Shown: piece after piece, positions 59,745 to 64,000 of the stretch
How the letters are laid out: each line of letters begins with the position of its first letter
How positions within the stretch are numbered: the first letter of the stretch is position 1
DNA from: Desulfuromonadales bacterium
Lineage (GTDB): Bacteria > Desulfobacterota > Desulfuromonadia > Desulfuromonadales > SZUA-540
Reading direction: 5' to 3'
Assembly: GCA_033549025.1 (NCBI GenBank)
Contig: JAWSUS010000007.1
Coordinates: forward strand, 85,522-149,521
Length of the DNA: 64,000 nt
The notes under the pieces: generated by a model
What the model was told of the DNA's origin: nothing
The model's database searches: none
What the model saw: the letters and a program-made list of their open reading frames with translations, nothing else
Program-made: the position numbers and the translations under genes

Positions 59745-61255
59745 ACGCAAATGCCTTTGTTCCCACCGCCAGTCCCGTCTTTCGACCGGGCTGTTTCAAG
59801 AAAAGATATCAGTTTAAAGTCAGGCATTTGTTTCCTCCGGTGATTGTCAATCTGCGAGAGGATGCAAATCCTGTACTTGATTCTAACGCCCGCGACCACC
59901 TCAGGCCGGAGGAAATCCGCTATTTTAAAGAGAATGGCAATAATGCCGTCATTTTTATTCACGGATTCAATGTTGAATACGGACAATATTCACATCATGT
60001 CGAGCTGTCCCAGTGGGGCTTTGATACAATTCGCAATCGCCCCATGGAGCCGAAGATAATTTATTCTTCGAGGCCCGCTAACACTTACCGTGATTTAGGA
60101 GTTCTCAAAAATCAATATGCCCATTGGCAGGTTGAGAATCCAAACCTATTTAACGATATTGCCATGGCGGATCTTAATGGCACAGGCGCCCATGCCTGGT
60201 ATCTTCATATGGAAGACAACCTCAATCGCGCTACTGGCCAATTTGACCGGACCAACTATCAAAAATACTCTCGCATGATCCATCTGTCTTGGTCCGGCGA
60301 TGTTTTTGCCCTCGACTACATGGCTGCTGAAACCACTGCCAATAAAGCGGGATTCGGATTGGTGCATCTGGTCGATCAGCTAGTCTCAGAGGGCATTTCT
60401 GTTAACATCATCGCACACAGCCTCGGCAATCGTGTGCTGCTAGTAGCCATGAATATACTGGGGCAGATGCCCGGACGTCATGAGAGTATTGCCCACGCTT
60501 TTATGTGGCAGCCTGCCGTGCCTGATACGGCCCTGTCCAATGATCCTGAAAAGGATACGAGTGTGCTACGCAACTGGAATTTCGTACACGCCCATCGCGC
60601 CGCCAAGAAAATCGTGGTGCTTTATTCCAGCCAAGACAACATTCTTGGGCCCTACAAAGACAAGGATTCTCGCCGTGAAGACTGGGAGGCCGGCCAACAC
60701 GGTGAGGCCAGAAGTGGACAAATCGGCGGTATTTATCGTATTGCAACCAGCGCGGGGGTTCCAGGAACACAACTGTTTTATGCACCTTGGAGTGTCTCAG
60801 CGCTTTATGCACGAAATCTGTTGAAGGATAATCTGCCCAAAATCGAGCAAGCTCTTTATGAAGAAATCGCCAAAGATACCAATGGGCTTTTTAACGAAAG
60901 TCATATCCCCATTTGGCCGCCTAAAGTCTTACCGGCTTTGGGGGCGTTGATTTATTTGTTCCACATGAGCCGGGAAATGGCAGATGACGCTATGAAAACC
61001 TTTCGGGCACTGGCTAAGGCAGATTATGAAGTCAAACAACCGCGTCCGGCTATGGGGTATGGAGGGCCGGAGATGGATAGTGATTTGTTCATTCAAAGAC
61101 TTGTTCGTGAGGAGAAAATCCTCCCGGTGGATCAAAGTCTCTGGTTGTTCGATCATTCGGGGATGAAGATTCCAAGTGATTTGCTGTTTGAGAAGGTTTA
61201 CAAGGAAGAAATTGTTGAAAGAATGAAACGTTCAACAGGTTTCGGGAGCTTTTGA
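59741..61255 (+). CDS. Alpha/beta-hydrolase T6SS effector (Tle-like lipase; DUF900-like)
   Basis: IFIHGFN, SW.G, IAHSLGNR nucleophile elbow, DNIL, DHS; ATGA overlap with vgrG. Confidence 0.75.
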   Translation: MNANAFVPTASPVFRPGCFKKRYQFKVRHLFPPVIVNLREDANPVLDSNARDHLRPEEIRYFKENGNNAVIFIHGFNVEYGQYSHHVELSQWGFDTIRNRPMEPKIIYSSRPANTYRDLGVLKNQYAHWQVENPNLFNDIAMADLNGTGAHAWYLHMEDNLNRATGQFDRTNYQKYSRMIHLSWSGDVFALDYMAAETTANKAGFGLVHLVDQLVSEGISVNIIAHSLGNRVLLVAMNILGQMPGRHESIAHAFMWQPAVPDTALSNDPEKDTSVLRNWNFVHAHRAAKKIVVLYSSQDNILGPYKDKDSRREDWEAGQHGEARSGQIGGIYRIATSAGVPGTQLFYAPWSVSALYARNLLKDNLPKIEQALYEEIAKDTNGLFNESHIPIWPPKVLPALGALIYLFHMSREMADDAMKTFRALAKADYEVKQPRPAMGYGGPEMDSDLFIQRLVREEKILPVDQSLWLFDHSGMKIPSDLLFEKVYKEEIVERMKRSTGFGSF

Positions 61256-62436
61256 TGAGCAGGCGGTTATTTTTCTGGCTTTTTGTTTTATTAGCTTTCT
61301 CGGCATGCAAACCCCATTCTCAAGAGGCTGCGGCGCAGAGCGGCGGGCCCGCCGTGGTCGTAAGTGTATCCAGTGATGGTCGCTTCGCTCTGAGTTCCCA
61401 CCTGAACAATCGCATTGTGCTTTGGAATCTGGAGCGCAAAGAAAAATTTCTCGTGTCAGACAATGCCAATATCTACAGCGCTTATTTCGTCCGTGGAGCC
61501 GAACTATTTCTTTGGCAGGGTCTCGACGATGTAGTTCATGTCCAGGGGGTGAATAAAGAGGAGTTCGACTCATTTCCTCATTTTCAAACCTATGGGCACG
61601 TGTTGAGCTCCGATCTGAAGCATTATGTGAGTTGTGATGCGGACTGGAATCTTTTTTATGATTCAGGGGATGCCATGAAACACGTGAAGCAAGATGGGGG
61701 CTCCCCAAGTTTTTTAGGACAAGGAAAGTTGCTTAATCTTACACTTGCCGATGAGGGGAATTTGCTTCTTTCGGCAGGGAGAGGCTTTGATATCCCCGAT
61801 AATCTTCCGATTACTGCTGAAGGAGCCATTCGCCCCGAGCAGATGTATTCAGATTATGCAGGTGTTGTTCTGTGGGACCTTTCATCAGGAACGCCGCTGT
61901 TTAAATTCCCTGGAAACTCTGCAAAAACAAACGCTACCTTGAGCCCCGATGGGCAATATGTTGTCAGTGGATGTGAAAACGGCATGTCTTTTGTTTGGAA
62001 AACAAAAACCGGCGAACTTTATCATGAGCCTGCAAGTCTTTATCATGGGTTGTTGAACACGAATAATAGTGAAAAATCAGAAAACTGGACCTATGACAAA
62101 ACAGGCCTTATCTCACCCCCTAAGGATTTAGGAGGCAGAGGTGGCGCCACTCTCGCCATCAAATTCATCGACCCGCAACACTATCTTCGCTTCCTCACCT
62201 ATTCCCCCTACGCCGTTCTTTTTCACATCGACAACCCCCTGCCGCTGAAATACCTCTACCTGGGCCGCGATCCATTGCCCGCCGTGCGTGACTACCATCG
62301 CAACGCTGCCATGGACACCGCGCCCGAAGCGGGCATCCTGGTCATGGGCCAGCAGTACGGTGGCGGTATTATTGTCTATAAGTACGATTCCGAAACACAG
62401 GAACTCAACAAAGTGTGGGAGGCGGATCGGCAGTAA
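61252..62436 (+). CDS. WD40-like beta-propeller lipoprotein, probable immunity protein
   Basis: FSAC lipobox; SSDGRFALS..IVLWNL, VLWDL, SPDGQYVVSG repeats; overlaps the effector stop. Confidence 0.7.
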   Translation: MMSRRLFFWLFVLLAFSACKPHSQEAAAQSGGPAVVVSVSSDGRFALSSHLNNRIVLWNLERKEKFLVSDNANIYSAYFVRGAELFLWQGLDDVVHVQGVNKEEFDSFPHFQTYGHVLSSDLKHYVSCDADWNLFYDSGDAMKHVKQDGGSPSFLGQGKLLNLTLADEGNLLLSAGRGFDIPDNLPITAEGAIRPEQMYSDYAGVVLWDLSSGTPLFKFPGNSAKTNATLSPDGQYVVSGCENGMSFVWKTKTGELYHEPASLYHGLLNTNNSEKSENWTYDKTGLISPPKDLGGRGGATLAIKFIDPQHYLRFLTYSPYAVLFHIDNPLPLKYLYLGRDPLPAVRDYHRNAAMDTAPEAGILVMGQQYGGGIIVYKYDSETQELNKVWEADRQ

Positions 62437-62537
62437 AGGCAAACTTTTTTACCTGGATACAACCGGTCAATCTACTTGATGGCCTTTTTTTAACTGACCT
62501 GAAGCATGGGAAGCTGTCGAAATTTTACGGAGAGTTT

Positions 62538-63070
62538 ATGTTTTTTGATTTTATTCCAAGAGCTTATCGCATGGTATTGATTGTTTCAGCATTGGCACTG
62601 CTCGGTTTCTCAGCCATGAGCACTATTGGCAATCTGGCCCTTTTCGCAATGGTGATGGGAGAACCCTTGTCTGTTCTGTTGCATGCAACGGCCAACGCAT
62701 TCGGGGGGGGTCTTGCTCAGTCTTGTTTCCTGTGTCTTTTTGGCTAAAAAAGCTACAAAGTTCCAGCAGTTTAAGTGCCACCGCTTTGATTGCGCAGGTG
62801 ATGAGCATTACTGGTTTTTTCCTCGCCATTCCTTGGCTGTATCACGCCATGACAGCTTCATATTCATGGCGGCAGCATACGCGTTATGGTCTTGATGCCC
62901 CTTTTGCCTTCTGGGTATACCTGCTGGCAGCGGGGATCATTCTTCACGAAATCTCGCAAATGCAGCCCTTCAAGGTCGAAATGGAAAGGATGCCAAAATC
63001 GAATAAGCCAGAAATAATAAGTCCCAATAGCCCGCAAGTAGGCGGCGACAAAGGCATCCTCTTTCCGTAA
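62538..63070 (+). pseudogene. Frameshifted multi-TM membrane protein
   Basis: Two consecutive hydrophobic ORFs (62538-62747 and 62723-63070) join in frame if one base is added at or near the G8 run 62703-62710. Confidence 0.45.
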
Positions 63071-63162
63071 CGGCACGCAAAGCGGGGACAGACTGGTTTT
63101 TTTCAGGGAAAAGCAGCCGGTCACCGTTTTTGTCCTTGACCGAATTTGACGATCTATTTCAA

Positions 63163-63915
63163 CTACTTAACCTCACCTGTTATTTCCATTGAATTAGCTA
63201 TAAATTTAGCAAATTTGCTAATATCTCCATGAGAGCTTGCCGCTTCCAATGCCTCCATGTATTCCTCTCTGGTCTCCAGGCGGATAACTGTCCATGGATA
63301 GCCGCCCGAAGCGAGCATGGTGTTCATTAGGAAGCGGCCAAGCCTCCCGTTGCCATCAAAGTATGGATGGATGTAAACAAACATAAAGTGCCCCAGTACC
63401 GCACGTACTGCCGCATGCGTTTCCTTTTCTAGAAGATCGCATAACTCGGGCATCATATCGCGAACTGCCTCAGGCGAAGGTGGGACATGCAACGCGTTCC
63501 GAATAAATACTTGACCGGAGCGGTAGCCGGCAAGGTCCTGAAGTCTGAGGAAGCCCGCATCAACGTTGGGGGCAAAAAGACTTCTATACCATGTCCCGTG
63601 GGCCACACTGAATGCTTCGCCAGGGTTCGCGCCGTTTAAGATAGTTCTTATTGTGGCTTTAACGTCATTGTGCGCGAGCCAATAACCATGAGCAGCCATT
63701 GCATCCTTTGTTTGTCTATCTGAATCGTTGTCACCAGGGCTCCAGTTGCCCGTCGCCACCTTTCTGATAATCTCATCTGTAACCCGATACCCTTCTATTG
63801 ACAGGGAATGATATGCATCCGTTTGATACCTCTCTTCAATGTCGGCCATGAAGCGCTCAACATCTTGAGGTAGGCCAGGTTCTTTTGGGAACTTACTGAT
63901 GACACTCTCTCTCAT
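63163..63915 (-). CDS. Fic-domain protein
   Basis: DAYHSLSIEG and HPYFDGNGRLGR canonical Fic motif; in-frame TAG 20 codons upstream, so it may be N-terminally truncated. Confidence 0.85.
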   Translation of the reverse strand: MRESVISKFPKEPGLPQDVERFMADIEERYQTDAYHSLSIEGYRVTDEIIRKVATGNWSPGDNDSDRQTKDAMAAHGYWLAHNDVKATIRTILNGANPGEAFSVAHGTWYRSLFAPNVDAGFLRLQDLAGYRSGQVFIRNALHVPPSPEAVRDMMPELCDLLEKETHAAVRAVLGHFMFVYIHPYFDGNGRLGRFLMNTMLASGGYPWTVIRLETREEYMEALEAASSHGDISKFAKFIANSMEITGEVK

Positions 63916-64000
63916 GTCTTTCCAAGAGCCGGCTCCAGAAATTTGAACAGCGGTATAAGTGGATAAGCCTTCCTACTTCAGGCATAGTGATGCCAGAAAA

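Overview
GC-rich deltaproteobacterial-type chromosome (Desulfuromonadales-like, inferred from gene content) in three blocks. (1) 1-9870 holds housekeeping genes: mqnE, mqnC, hisC, mutY, rnd, fumC, EamA, HD hydrolase, serS. (2) 9943-25624 is a ~15.7 kb lower-GC integrative element that splits the host tRNA-Ser(UGA) in the T-loop. It has a 6-bp GGGTTC direct repeat and 15-bp imperfect inverted ends, and carries its own complete, divergent tRNA-Ser(UGA). It encodes two tyrosine recombinases, two small accessory proteins and a RecD2-like helicase. Its cargo is a lipoprotein, a TcmP/DUF5131 pair, IS remnants and a three-gene ubiquitin-like conjugation cassette. That cassette is a 50-aa Pro/Gly/Asn-rich peptide ending in Gly (absent from the ORF track), translationally coupled to an E2-E1 fusion and a JAB peptidase, with no CD-NTase or beta-grasp Ubl. 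It is the best candidate for an undescribed system. (3) 25696-27182 is a tRNA/tadA cluster, followed by a complete T6SS (27241-62436) with an unusual lysozyme-PAAR-MIX-VasX-like effector flanked by two candidate immunity genes, a second VgrG-lipase-immunity module and a Fic gene. All family assignments come from motif recognition by eye; no database searches were run.
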